Shown here one piece after another: positions 36,199 to 48,628 of a stretch of 64,000 bases of DNA (its first letter is position 1; each line of letters begins with the position of its first letter). Position numbers and translations under genes: made by a program. Origin of the DNA: Oikopleura dioica (Eukaryota; Animalia; Chordata); the NCBI GenBank assembly GCA_907165135.1, contig OU015567.1, positions 11,036,001 to 11,100,000 of the forward strand, read 5' to 3'. The notes below the pieces were generated by a model. That model did not search any database. It was not told where the DNA came from and saw only the letters and a list, made by a program, of their open reading frames with translations.

Positions 36199-38875
36199 TC
36201 ATAGATTAATCAAAACATTTTCATTGAGTATGATTTCTGCAATGCGATTTCGTAAATTTTTAATTGGCTCGTAGTCTTCTTCTTTGATTTCTGGTTGTTC
36301 CGCCACCGCAAGTCTCACCAGAGCAATCAAATAGTAAGGAACTAAGTCATACCATTTTTCAACAGTAGGAATAGCCTTAATATCAATATTAATCTTAATT
36401 TCTTCAAGATTATCAATCAAGTAAGAGTTATTTCAATCATTCCTAATGGACAGTATGTAGAATTATGTCGAACATAATTCTTCAGAAGATAGTTTGAAAA
36501 GCGGCGCCATTCACTATCAATTTTCTCCAAAGCACAAATTTCTTCTTCCACAAGCTCAATGAACATCAAGTTGACGGAACAATTATATAAGGGAATGTAA
36601 GGTATCGCGGTGCAAAGTTCCCGAATTGTTTTTGCGACGGGCTTGTTCCAATCATCAAGTTTATACTCGTACAAAGCATTTCGTTGTATTGCTTTATAGT
36701 TTTAATAAATTTGACAATATATATACTTATCACCACGCAATCGACAAAAATTGTACACTTCGGGTATAGGGGTTAAGAAAATGAATCTAAATTAAAACGT
36801 CCATTGGCCCAAGTGAAAGCTGCAGTAAAGCTGATTAACTTGACCATTGAAGGAATCAGCAATAGCTTTTATCCATGACGATTCATAATCCAAGCTAAGC
36901 GATTTCAAATTCGTCAGGCCCGCTTTCCAACGAACTCCATCAATCAACAAACAGTAGTCCTCACTCTTTTTGCTCGGAATAAAGGCAGCAAGCCGGATGG
37001 CCGAAAAGTTCTTTGATTGATTCATATTGAACTTTCCGGCCTGAACGAAAAACACAAGCTGAAAGCTTTTAATTGGTTTCAATTTGATAAACATTATTCT
37101 AGGTATTTTACGAGCTGGAGCGACGAAAACTCGGTTTAGAAAAACTTCAACGAGACTTTGCTGATGCAATAGAAAGGTAGATGCATTAAATTGAAACCTT
37201 TCCTTTTTCCTCCACCAAGTTCTTCTTTCGCGACTTTCACGGCCGAAAAATTGCCGTCCAGCCCCAACCCCAAAGCGATACCCATATTCGTCCAGTCATT
37301 ATTCGTGGCATAGATTTCAAACTTCTCGAAAGCCTCGTGCTCGAACCCTGCCCCCTTGCAACGATATTGCTCGTTTCCGATACACTCCAGGATCACAAAG
37401 GGATCTTTGTTCAAATCATCTTTGATTTTCATTCGGTAACGCTTCATAGGATGACATATTTATTTAGAGAAGAAGACTCTTCGATCGAAAAACAAGCTCA
37501 AATCCTCAACTACGAAAGTTTATCCGACAAGCGATGAAATGCGAAGAAAAAAGTAAGAAGCATTAAAGGTAAATATACAAAATAAGGAAGAAATCCTATT
37601 CAAAAGAGCCGCTTGCGGCTTTTGAGCAATATAGATAGTGATTATGGCAATCTATTTCGCGTAACTTGAAAGAATTTCAGTGAAAAACCTAATGCATAAA
37701 ATGAAATATTCGTCCTTTCCGATAAAATATTTGCAAGCCTTTTTTGTGCTCTGGAATTAAGAGATTTCGCTTTGTCACTGCTGATGATGATTGATTTATC
37801 TTTGAGGAGCTCTGCTCGTAGTTGTTTTGCATTCGGACGGATAGGCATGTGTTGCATCTGTTGCGCTCGCCAAAGATCATAGATTCTGTCGAGTTCTTTG
37901 AATTCGACTTCACAGTTTTCAAGTGAGCAGACGCTAATTTCCAAGAGTAGAGCTTTTTTCTCCGCATCAGTTCGTTTGCGGTTTAATCGCGGCATTTTCT
38001 TTGTCGAGGAATGAGCATCAAACGTCTGAGCAATCGTAAAATTTGATAAATCGAAGAAAGATTCTTTCTTTGGGTCCGTAATTCCAAGGAAAAGTTTCAT
38101 TCTTTTGGTGCACTTTCTGTTTTTCGAATGGCAATAAACGGTTATGTAGAATTTCCCAACTGTTATGCTTTAATTTGAATTTCTTTTATACTTACTGACT
38201 TTTTAGAAAACTCTCCACTTAACAAGATGCCCATCACAAGTGGAACAACTTCACGTTTCAATTCGATTCCAAAGTTCGGATACTACAGCAGTTGGGCCGC
38301 AGCCGGAGAAATTAAGGAAGAGCTATAAAATGATGCAACCTGTCAGGCCGTCTGATGATTTTCTCGTGCCAAGGCAGTATCCTCACATAATGGTAAGAGA
38401 ACATTATGTAATGGCCTGATTAAAGCTTATTTAACACACTACAGACATTTCCAAACATGGTGCAAAAGAGAGAATCGAAATATCTCGACCCTAACACCTT
38501 CAAAACCACTCCACCAATTTATGTCCGAATTATTTGAAACCTATTTATGCTACTGCTCATTCTGAGTATTCAAAATTAAAGCATTCCTTTTTTGTCAAAT
38601 TTGACGTTCTTTTGAAAATCGCGCTTCAGGGTAAAATACATAAAGACGCCAAGATTTTCCTTCGTTGTAAATCGAGCTGCGCCGCTTTCCATAAGAACAG
38701 ATATTAGTCTTGGATTTTCAGCAGACGAGTTCAATATTGCGTCAAAATCGGTCCTTGAAAGCGGGGCTTTAGGTTTGATAAGGAGATCAGAATCTTCCAT
38801 TTTCCACACACGCGATTCTTTTTCTTTCTTTTTGTCATTTTTCCCGTCGTTTTCACTATTTTTAGTCGTATCCAT
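36199..38875 (-). pseudogene. MULE transposase, fragmented (introns and/or decay)
   Basis: LGLDGNFSAVK (D1-like), FQLVF...AAFIPSKKSEDY, LSLDYESSWIKAIADSF...YCSFHLGQ (D2 plus the CxxH hallmark). The catalytic Glu was not located. Confidence 0.72.
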
Positions 38876-38927
38876 GATGCAACTGTTACAATATTGGCTT
38901 TACGATGTGATAATAACATCATTCTAG

Positions 38928-39287
38928 AGAGCGAATGGGGATGACTACTACGCCGGACTTTCAACAGCTTCCATTCTTCCAGAAAGACTCAAGGACTCTT
39001 AAGAAGCAAAATCGAGACTCGTCAATGTTGTCAAGGTACTCAATCAACGAAAAACCATCATTTTAACCGATTCAGGCACAAATCGAGAAGAGAAAGAACT
39101 TCCACAGACGACGCATGCACGACGAAGACAAGGACATTACTTACATCAGCGAGCAAAACAGAAAATTCAACGAGAAAATTGACCGTAGCTACTCCAAGGT
39201 AAGGCTTTTCTTGAGACGAAGTTTTATCATCATTTTTAGTACACACAAGAGATCAAGCAAAACTTGGAGCGTGGAACTGCCATATAA
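38928..39287 (+). pseudogene. SYF2: Captured 3' fragment of splicing factor SYF2, with two introns and a premature stop
   Basis: Spliced: ERMGDDYYAGLSTASILPERLKDS*EAKSRLVNVVK|AQIEKRKNFHRRRMHDEDKDITYISEQNRKFNEKIDRSYSK|YTQEIKQNLERGTAI*. GT-AG introns at 39036-39075 and 39199-39239. Confidence 0.9.
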
Positions 39288-39797
39288 AAACACCAAAATG
39301 AGCACTGTCAGCTCTTCAGTGTGCGTCCTCAACAAGAAAGAAACGAAGCACAAGGATCTCTGCGCCGTTCGTAAGACTGAAAGTACCGACGTGATTTTCC
39401 ACACTTTCATGTTCGAATTCGACGCTATCAATGTAAGAGAACAAATTGTCTTCCATGGTTTTGAACAAAAATTAAGAGCAGCTCTCTCGACAGGGATGCA
39501 GCGTCTGGCATCTGTTTCTTCGACTCGGACTCAAGAGACAAATTCGAAGATTTGTAAAAATAAGCCAGTGAAAACCTCGACAAAGTCATCCAGAAGTTCA
39601 TCATTAGCAGCGACAATCTTACCAACATCAACAATACAAGCCGCCAACTCAACCATCACATCAGTAAAATTATTGCAATTGATGCTTTCAATTTGTTATT
39701 AAAGCATTAATCAACTTGAAAATTACAAAAGTACTGTTTTATTTGTTGCAAAGAGTGCACAGATAATGCAAAGAGAAGTAATTGAATTCAAAATTTA

Positions 39798-40007
39798 TGC
39801 TGAGGGGGGGTGAATCAGATATTTTTTTAAGACAATAAGCTTATTTTTCATTTTCGAGCATTTTCACAATTTAAAATTCCCTTCCTGGTAAAATCCCTTC
39901 CTGGTAAAATTCCCTTCCTGGTAAAACTTTTTTCTTTTACCAGGAAGGGATTTTTACCAGGAAGGGATTTTTACCAGGAAGGGATTTTTACCAGGAAGGG
40001 ACATCCC
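39798..40007 (-). repeat. Right TIR with an internal palindrome (3 + 4 units)
   Basis: Reverse complement of the left TIR, ending GGACATCCC. Confidence 0.93.
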
Positions 40008-40163
40008 ATTTTTTCTAGGGCTGTTATTGACATTTTTCTCTGCGTAAACAATTTGTTTGCATGGTTTCTAGAGCAAGGGTAGGTTCTCGCCTGAGGCGAT
40101 ATAAACGCCGAGGGCAACTCTCGAGGGCGCACTTTGATTTTTCCAAAATCAGAACAGCCAACG

Positions 40164-40508
40164 ATGGCTAGACTCGTGAACAAAAAACCAACAAAGAAGG
40201 AAAAACACAAGCCACGAAGAGCTCGTCGGGAAAGCTTCAGGATCTACATCTATAAACTTTTGAAGCAAACACACCCAGACATGAACATCTCCGTCAAAAC
40301 TATGTCTTGTCTGAACAGTTTTGTAATGGACATCTTTGAGCGCCTCGCGAATGAATCTTCACGACTTGCGAAAATGAGCAATCGCAGTACACTTGCTGTG
40401 GCCGACATTCAAACTTCCATGCAACTTGTTGTTGGCGGCGAGCTTGCAAAACACGGCAATATGCAAGGATATCGGGCAACTAGCAAGTACATGGCAAGCA
40501 AAAAGTAA
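40164..40508 (+). CDS. H2B: Divergent histone H2B variant, intronless
   Basis: RRESFRIYIYKLLKQTHPD..IS..TMSCLNSFVMDIFERLANESSRLA...GELAKH. Many substitutions relative to canonical H2B. Confidence 0.94.
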   Translation: MARLVNKKPTKKEKHKPRRARRESFRIYIYKLLKQTHPDMNISVKTMSCLNSFVMDIFERLANESSRLAKMSNRSTLAVADIQTSMQLVVGGELAKHGNMQGYRATSKYMASKK

Positions 40509-40569
40509 ACTTGGAGTGACCTACCGACGAACCTCACCTAACTGCCAATAACTAACGGTCTGCCAAAAC

Positions 40570-40585
40570 GGCCCTTTTTAGGGCC
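40570..40585 (+). other. Histone mRNA 3' stem-loop (H2B)
   Basis: GGCCCTTTTTAGGGCC, ~60 nt after the stop. Confidence 0.95.
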
Positions 40586-40811
40586 AACAATAATAACCTT
40601 TTTGACAATAGAACGAATTCGATCTCCTCAGTTTATTCGGAAATTATCAGTAGCAGAAATATTTTTTGGCCAGGCGAGAGGAAAATAGGTATCGAAGGGA
40701 CTGTTTTTTCATAGATTTTATCATAAAAATGGAGAATTTGAAATCTCGAGAGTAGATTTTTTTCAATTATGGGCACATTTAGCGCCCTGAGAGAATTATG
40801 AGCGAAAGACT

Positions 40812-42383
40812 TCAGACAGAAATAAATACATAGGATTTGTAGTTGTTGATGTTTCGCTTGAGGATGTCGACACAAGGGCCGAGGACCCGTTCAAAACGGG
40901 ATCTATCCAATCGAACACATTTCAGTGTCGACTTGGCTGTCACCGTTGCGGCGCGCGGTCGATCTGACAGTAATGCCACTTCGCCGAAATAATCGCTAAA
41001 ATATTCAATGAACAATTATCATTTATAACCGCCGTTATTTCAGACAGCGTGCTTCTGTTTAAATGCAGACGGTTACTACTGTAATGTCTCACCTAGGCCC
41101 AAGTGTTCCGACGAGCTTTTCCTCTTCATCAAGAGATACATGCTGTGTAACATCTGCCTGTCCTTGAATGATCATGTAGAATTTGTTGCCTTGGTCGCCT
41201 TGCTTAACAACTTCTTCTCCTGCTTGAAAGATCACTTCTTCCAGAGCATCCGCGATCGTCATTCTTTCCCACTCATCGAGATTCTGTAGGATTTTCACTG
41301 AAGCAATATAATAATTACCGCAAAAATGCCTTTTCTCACCTTTCAATAGAAATTCTTGATACAAAGCCCGTTTCTTCAAATGCGAATTCATCAATATTCT
41401 TCGGTAGCTTTCGCTAAAATTGACACATTTTCACCATTTTCAACAAGGAACTGCACTTACCGATCAATAGCCCAAAGTTTACACTTCGTTATTGCTCTTA
41501 CTGTCGCTGCTCGTGTTCTTCCGTGAATAAGTGCCAACTCACCAAAGGTTCCATTTTCTCCTATGTTTGTAACGTGCTGGCCATTGACGAGAACTTCTAC
41601 CTCTCCGATGTCAATTACGTAGAAATTGTCTCCGATATCGCCCTGGTTCATTATGATATCCCCCTCTAAAAGTCAATAACATTAATTTTTAATAATGAAG
41701 CAAGATCGTACCTGAAACAATTTTCTCAAACATGGCGTCAAAAATGGCACTTCGCTGCTCTTCATCACAAGATCGGAGTAAGGCATTGTTTTGGAATGCT
41801 TTTTCTAGGGCACACATCGTTTTGTAGTCTTTCGGAATCACTTTTTTCTGGTAATTGGCCACCTAAATATTTATAATTTGAGTTGATAGGGCGAGTTTTT
41901 TCACCTCTTCTTCTGTATAAACTTCTGCGGAAATCGCCCCTCTTCTTTTCTGCGGGGTTCTACTCTCTCTCATCTGGCAGGTCTCCATTTCCTCCGTCTG
42001 AGATGCACCTGATGAATATTCTTGAAAAAAATGAAATCAACAATGACTCTTACTTGAGTCGGCTGACGTCGTTGAGTCCATGGAGTTGGAACGATTGAGC
42101 GAGATTTGCTCCAGTCGTCCAAAATAGTCTCTCAAGTATGCAAGTGGGCGCTGTGGCTGCTTCGAGCATAACTCAGCGATTGCATCCTAAAAGCATTCGA
42201 TAAATCCGCGTAAAACGTTTTAAGTAGTATATATATTACTTGTTGAACAATAGTTAACTAAGCCTTGAATCAATAATTTTTTTCTCAAATTATTTTCAAT
42301 TTAAAACGTACCTTCACGATGGTTTGAATATTGAATTCATCTATATACGCAGACGGATCAGCTGTTTCCTGATTTCTGTTCAT
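40812..42383 (-). CDS. PRKAR1A: cAMP-dependent protein kinase type I regulatory subunit
   Basis: D/D domain ([29 protein letters not shown]), pseudosubstrate [10 protein letters not shown], two CNB domains ([16 protein letters not shown]; [17 protein letters not shown]), C-terminus [17 protein letters not shown]. Confidence 0.95.
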
Positions 42384-44080
42384 TCGCCTAAATTTTCTGT
42401 TCTTATTCTGTTTTCCCATATTTTTAACTCTCTCGATATACTATCGCTTTGGACTGCGGGCCAAACCTTACGGGTCAGATGTTAAATTCGATTTTCAAGT
42501 TCGGTTTAATTTGAATAATATTGGATTTGGCGAGATTCAGAATGCGCGGAGCGAATTGCTCGCGTATTTCTACCATTTGAAAATGGAAGAAATAAAATTA
42601 TATTCCCAAATAAAACAAGTGCATGCGTCTCGTTTACAAATGTCAGCCGAACATTCTTCGAGTTCAAATTGAAGACTAGTCACCAATCAAAATATCTGCA
42701 CTTTAAATTTTCGACTCGTGAAGCAATAAAAAATGTTCGACTCAAATTCTACCGTTGTTTTCGAGTAGCTTGGTATCTCCAGATTTCTTTACCTCTTAAT
42801 TTTTCTGAAATTTGAAATGCTCTTTCTCAAAAAATTGAATTTTTCTGAATTTCAACTGCTCTCTTTTTTCTTTATTTTTTTTCGAGAGGTAAGGGCTATC
42901 TCTCGGGAAGGGAACCTGATATGACCAGCGGGTATTTATCGAATTGTCAAAGAAAAAGGGGATGACGACAGGCTTCGGAGTTTAAATTGGATCTAGTGTA
43001 TCTATCCGTCTGAGGAAACAATGGATGAAAGGAGCTCATTGATGACCCTGAATTTCGTAAAATGGATAATTGAGAATTCTAGCGCGACATACTCGACAAG
43101 CGCTCACCTGTGGTCCCGGCATCTACAAGTCAAACCAATTTGCATTCTCATTTCTATATTTTTGACTTTTTTGAACCTGTCTAACTCAAATGAAGAATTG
43201 TATCGCTTGAGAAGTAGATACGAAACCTAGCGGTCGTTGTGAACGAAGACTAGTTCTGCCAGACGACTTTATCAAAATCGCTATAATCAACAAGTTCACA
43301 TGCTTACGCTCATTTTTTGCAGCATGGGAAGAATAAATTTGTTATGCAACAGGGGTGTTAGTATGTTCAGTTCCCAGATGCCAAAAAAGGGGGTGAGGAA
43401 AATTTACATTTTGATTCAGCATAAATACGTTCCAAACCTAAATCTCTGGGCCTGATGGCTTCTTAAATTCTGGCTTGTCATGCTCTATATTTTCAGTCTT
43501 CGTCGAACTGGCTAACTGGCGGTTGAAAGACAGCCCCTTGATCGACCATGCCATGAGCGATACAAAAGGCAAAGTTGAAGGGCGATCGAAAGCGATACAA
43601 AAAAGAGGAAAGTTTCAAGGAAGATCGGTTTTGACGAGCTCGAGCTCCCTGTCAAAGGATACTCGCAGAATGAATTGACGTCACTGGGCAAATAGGGAGA
43701 GGAGGCCCATTGGAAGCCACTTCAACAGGCTAGTCATTCTGCCTCTGAAAAGACACATTTTCAATAAATTAGAAACGCTCTGCGGTCATTGCTCCCTCAA
43801 GATGTTTATAAGACAAACAATAATTTATCGCTATCTTATTGGCAAAAATGAACTCTGAAAAGGACGATAAAAGCTTTCTCTGTATGAAAAAGACGAGAGC
43901 TAAAGAAAATCAATTCGTCGATGCTGCCGATTGGAGGCTTCATACGAGCTGTCTTTTCTTTTATAAATTCGATAGGATATTTTGCCTGCAATATTAAAAA
44001 TTGACAAGTTTCCATTTTCACCTCCTTGATTTCACTTAATCCAGGAGCTTTTCGATTAGATAAATTACTGATCTGATTTA

Positions 44081-46331
44081 TTAATGAGAGTTCAGCAGCG
44101 TCGCAAGTTTTAATAAATTTTCAGAACTAAACGATTTAATTCTCTCCGCCTCGTCCCACAAGAAATGACTCGCGTCTTCGAAGAGTTCCAATTTTTCGAA
44201 AGATTCCACTTGGTTATACACGTCGTGATCGTCAACGAGATTTGTCGTATTGAGCTGGAACTTGATCACGTGCGCAATTTTACCATCGGTAAGACAGTAG
44301 CCATAAGCGGATAAGGGAGTGTCCAGTTTGTCCTGGACTCCGAATTCGCGAACTGCCTGGTCGTGCAAAAGTCCGTGGACGATCATTGTCAGTCGACCCT
44401 TGCTCTCGTCGTCTGTCATTTCATCCCTTATTCAGCAGTTAACAGTCGTAAAAATATATGGCGAATACCTGAGAATCGGCAGAAACTTTCTAGCCCTTTC
44501 GCGGTCTTTTCCAAATCTGGTGATGTTGTGCTCCGATGTATCAAACGAAGGAGTAGAAAAATCAGAAATAACTACAAAAACATGATCAATATTGCATTAG
44601 TAAGAAAGGGTTCGAACCGATAGAATTTAAATAAGTTTCGCCATTTGACAAAAGATTCTTTTTCACTTCGCTCTCCCGTTGATTTTTCTCGGTAATCTTC
44701 TTCAAATTGTAAAAGTGATTTTCCACCATAAGTTGAGTTGGGGAGTAGATTTCAAATTCATCGCTAGAGTCTTTTGATGAACTCGCGATCTCGGAGTTTT
44801 GAACAGGATCACTTGAGAAATTTGAAGCAACAAGTTCATCGTGGACTAAAAGTTCGTTTCATGATGAATACAGTCGGTTTCTTTGACGAACCTTCAAGGT
44901 AACAAATCGAGCCATTGACTCGCTTGGGGTAAATCAAATGGACTTTCTCATCGGGCAAAGATGCTGTTTCGTTTTTAGAATTAATGCTTTTCAAGAGCTT
45001 GGTTAGATTGGAGGCGATTGCCTTTGAATAGCGCTCGGGCTTTGCAAGGCCATGTCGTTCGTCCCAAAGCCACGTTTCCTCCACTAAAAGAAAGATTGAA
45101 TTTTGAAATAATAAAGCTTCCCAACCTAGAGAACGCTCATCTGCGTGAGAGCCAAACATATTCGTCTTGTCAATGCTTCCATATTTCGTGTCCAACGGAT
45201 TCCAAACATTCGTCGGCGGATTCACTCCATACTCTCCCCCATCAATTTGCAGCAAAATCCCATTTTGAATAATTTTCTTTGCTCCAGCGACCAATCTTTC
45301 TTCGCGAGCTTGTATTTCTTCCGAAACAAGCACTTTTTTATTCTCCTCTGTGACTCTTGTTTTCGTTATATTCAGCGCCCCAGAAAACGTAGCGATTCCT
45401 TCGGGATGGTTTTTTCTTTCACTCAATTTCGGGAGGGAAAACGACGGGATAACTTGGTAGTCGCGATGGTGTTCCGGAAATGCCTGCCGCTGTAGGTTTT
45501 GTTTGTCTTTGTATCCAGGGATATAATTTTCTTTCAACTCCTGTTCTTTTATCTTTTTACTGATTTCTTCTGTAAACAGCTCCTTTGGCTTCCACTTTTC
45601 TCCAAGCCTCAAGACATTTGGATCGAAGTAACGAGTGTCTATCGGCGCTCCAGTTGCGTGCAAATGCCGAGTTTTGCCCCGTCGAACGCCCATGTACTCA
45701 TCTTCGACTTCATTTTGCTTGTAAAATTCCCACTGGTACTTTTTATTCTTTTTGTCTTCGTCTTTGAAATAGCTTTTTGTCTCCTCAGGCCACTCAAATT
45801 CTTTCGGCAAGTAGCCGAGCTCATCGTCCCGGCCGAGCATGTATTCTGGAGGCATATATTCAAAATCCTGAAAAGAAAAAGGTTGAAAAGGATTATAGAA
45901 GGGAGAAAAATAACCTTGAATCTATAATCGTCGACTGAATCCACCGATTTGTCGTCTAAATTGAGTTGGTCTACTTCAAACGGCGTTCTGTCATTAACCG
46001 AATTCACCGTCTGTTCGATTCTCCACAAGGGCATCTCATTTGCAGGATATCTCGGGTCAATCACTTTATCCCGATTCAACACATGCGAGGATTCAGTGAC
46101 AATGGCTCGTTTGGGAAGATCAGTCGCTCTCTTATGCCGAAGAGTGACTGCAGCTTTCATGTCCCCAAGACGGCCATGTTTTGGGTAGTCTCGGGAGAGC
46201 TTCGTATTCGCGAATTTTTGCTCAGAAGTTTGCTTGACTGGAGCGTCAGAAAGATTTTGTGAAGAGTTCTGAGGCCAAAGGGAGACTTTAGTCCGACGCG
46301 ATATTTTGGCTAACTTTTCTATTCTTATCAT
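44081..46331 (-). CDS. Mitochondrial ribosomal protein of the PDCD9 family (mL37/mS30-like)
   Basis: Basic N-terminal targeting-like peptide. C-terminal exon CLTDGKIAHVIKFQLNTTNL resembles the mL37 TDGRVFHFLVFQLNTTDL motif. ATG directly follows a TTCTCAG acceptor. Confidence 0.55.
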
Positions 46332-46606
46332 TCTGAGAAAATGAAATTAAGTTCGTAAACTTTGATGAATCGTATTTATTAATTACATACAATGAAATCT
46401 TATCCGACAAAACAAAAATGAACATTTTTGAACGAGAAATTGGCAGGGGAAAAGGAAAATGGTTGACTTAAAATGAATGGAAATGAATTGAAGAGATGCT
46501 AAAGCAAATGCTGAATGAAAAAACAATTGTTTTTTTAGTAGGTAATTTAACACGCAAATTAAAGTTGAAACAACACAGGAACATGTAAGAATATTGGAGC
46601 TTGAAT

Positions 46607-48470
46607 TTAGAGAAAGACCTGTTTGAGAATACAAAGGTCCATGAACGGAGCGATCAGGTAATTCGTCGAGAAATAGAAAATGAGTCCTAAAGTGAGAGAT
46701 ATTGGCAGGGCGGGCAAGGGCTTCTTGAAAAAGGCGAGAATGATGAGGGTTGTGCTCAGCCCGACGAGAATGGAGAGAATGCATGCGAGGGTGATGTTCC
46801 AATCGTGCACCTGCGAGGCTTTTCCGACAAGGACACTAAATAAATAAAGAATAGGGTAATTTTCGTCAACAAACCTGTAGAATATGAAGTCGCCGAGACC
46901 AAGCTTGACTCCTTCCCTTCTTTCATCTGTTCTTGCTCGCTGAAATCAAGTTAAAATTATGGAAGAAAGAAAGCGAACACAAACCTCTGATGATCGCTGA
47001 GATCTTGGTTGCCTCACTTGGATTTCTTGTTGAGTCGATGGATCGGAGCTTTCGGCCATTCCAAGCAACGGCGCTAAGAAGGTGCCAGCTTGAGTTGTGA
47101 CCATGATTGTCGGTACTGCCATTCCCGCGCCAGAACTAAAAGAATTTTATTTTCGCAAAGAAGTACCAAAGAAGTACAAAGAAGAAAGGTAAAATTTAAG
47201 CACCTGTAAATGAGAGCGGGGAAGAGCTCATCTTCTCGATCATTCGCCAATTGCAAAAGCATATTCAGCGGCCCATAAGGGCAAAGGACGGCAATCAAAT
47301 CCCAAATGCTCAAAAATGCTAAAATAAGCCATGTTGTCCAGTTAGGTAGCATTTTGATGAAGATCAACGCCATCAAAGCAGCCGAAATTATCAGGTAACA
47401 CTGTTGAAGGAATAGAGGGCCCTTCCAATGGATACAGATGATGCCGACGATTCCAAAGTTCCACATGACTATTCCAAGTGTGACCCAATCCAGGGCGGCG
47501 TTGTTGACTTTCAGGATTTGTTGAAGGTACTAGAAGAAACAATGAGCGTAAGATAACTTTGCGGAAGCTTACAAAGTAGCCGAACATGAAAATCAAAGTC
47601 ATGGTTGAAAAGATTAACCACCCGCCTAGAATCATATTGCACTCGTATTTATATAGCAGGACTAGAACGAAAGTCATCACAGCGATAACAGAAATCATGA
47701 TCAGTGAGTTTGCAACCGTCTGCCAAATGATGGTTCCAGCGCTAGAAAAGCAATCAGGCAAAATCGAACAAATGCCACAGTGGCATTGCCACTTACGGAT
47801 CATCATCAGCAGGGTGAAAAGGCGTGTAAATAAAAGACACACTCTGTTTCTGTTGACCACTGTATGATGATAAGCATTGGACCGAAGCGATGACGAAGAT
47901 CATGCCTAGAAATATTTCAGCTTGAAGCAAGAGAAAAGATTCTCACATGCAGTAACCGGGATGAACAAATTGATTACCGCTTCAGCTCCATATTTGAGCT
48001 CCGTTTCTTGAGCCGATGATGATTCTAAAAGAATGAGCTTCTTATTCTGTTTGAGCAATATTTAGAGCATGCTTTTGGGAAGGAGGTCTTGATTTTTTGA
48101 AATAGCGAATTTTTTTTCGTGAATCATGATTTTTTCTTGGTGAAATTATGAAAAACATGAAGAATTAATACCATTAGAAGACTGATGAGTTCTGCGCGAT
48201 AACATGGGCTCACGCTCGGCTGAAAAATGCTTTCAAAATTGAAAGTGGGAAAATATTTGCGGCTTCAAAAGGCAGCTTTTTCAATTACCATTTTCGGACG
48301 TAGATGATTCCGACAGTCGATCAGCTGGATTGAAATTTCTTTGTCTCGTTTGAGCCTACTCAGAATTAAAGATAACACTCACTGTCCAACTAAACCTGGT
48401 CCGGGAGAACATCAGTTCGCCTAACTGGCCCGACAGGACCCGCCGGGTTATCTTCACCTTTCTGTGTCAT
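46607..48470 (-). CDS. PSEN: Presenilin
   Basis: [47 protein letters not shown] (Asp1), [12 protein letters not shown] (Asp2), KPLPALPIS. Confidence 0.97.
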
Positions 48471-48628
48471 TCTTTCCTTTTACAAGTGCATTCTACAACA
48501 AAGAAAGTCATGAATATTCAGTATCAATGAGTTTATTTTAATAATAAGGCAGCGCTACTAGCGGCAGATGTGTGAATACGACTAATTGTGAAGGCATGAG
48601 TGTGAGTGAACTAATGATGAATCGTCTG

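Larger units (their letters stand above)
34868..40007. mobile_element. Mutator-like (MULE) element, 5.14 kb, carrying captured host DNA (Pack-MULE), inserted between H2A and H2B
   Basis: ~206-210-bp TIRs start GGG(G/A)TGTCC. Flanks are ATTTTTCT (left) and ATTTTTTCT (right), an 8-9-bp TSD differing by one T. Internal MULE transposase motifs are present. Confidence 0.9.

Noticed and set aside
42900-44030. Possible small gene(s) between the mL37-like gene and PRKAR1
   Set aside because: Acceptors and short frames exist on both strands, but no consistent stop-free model or recognisable motif emerged.
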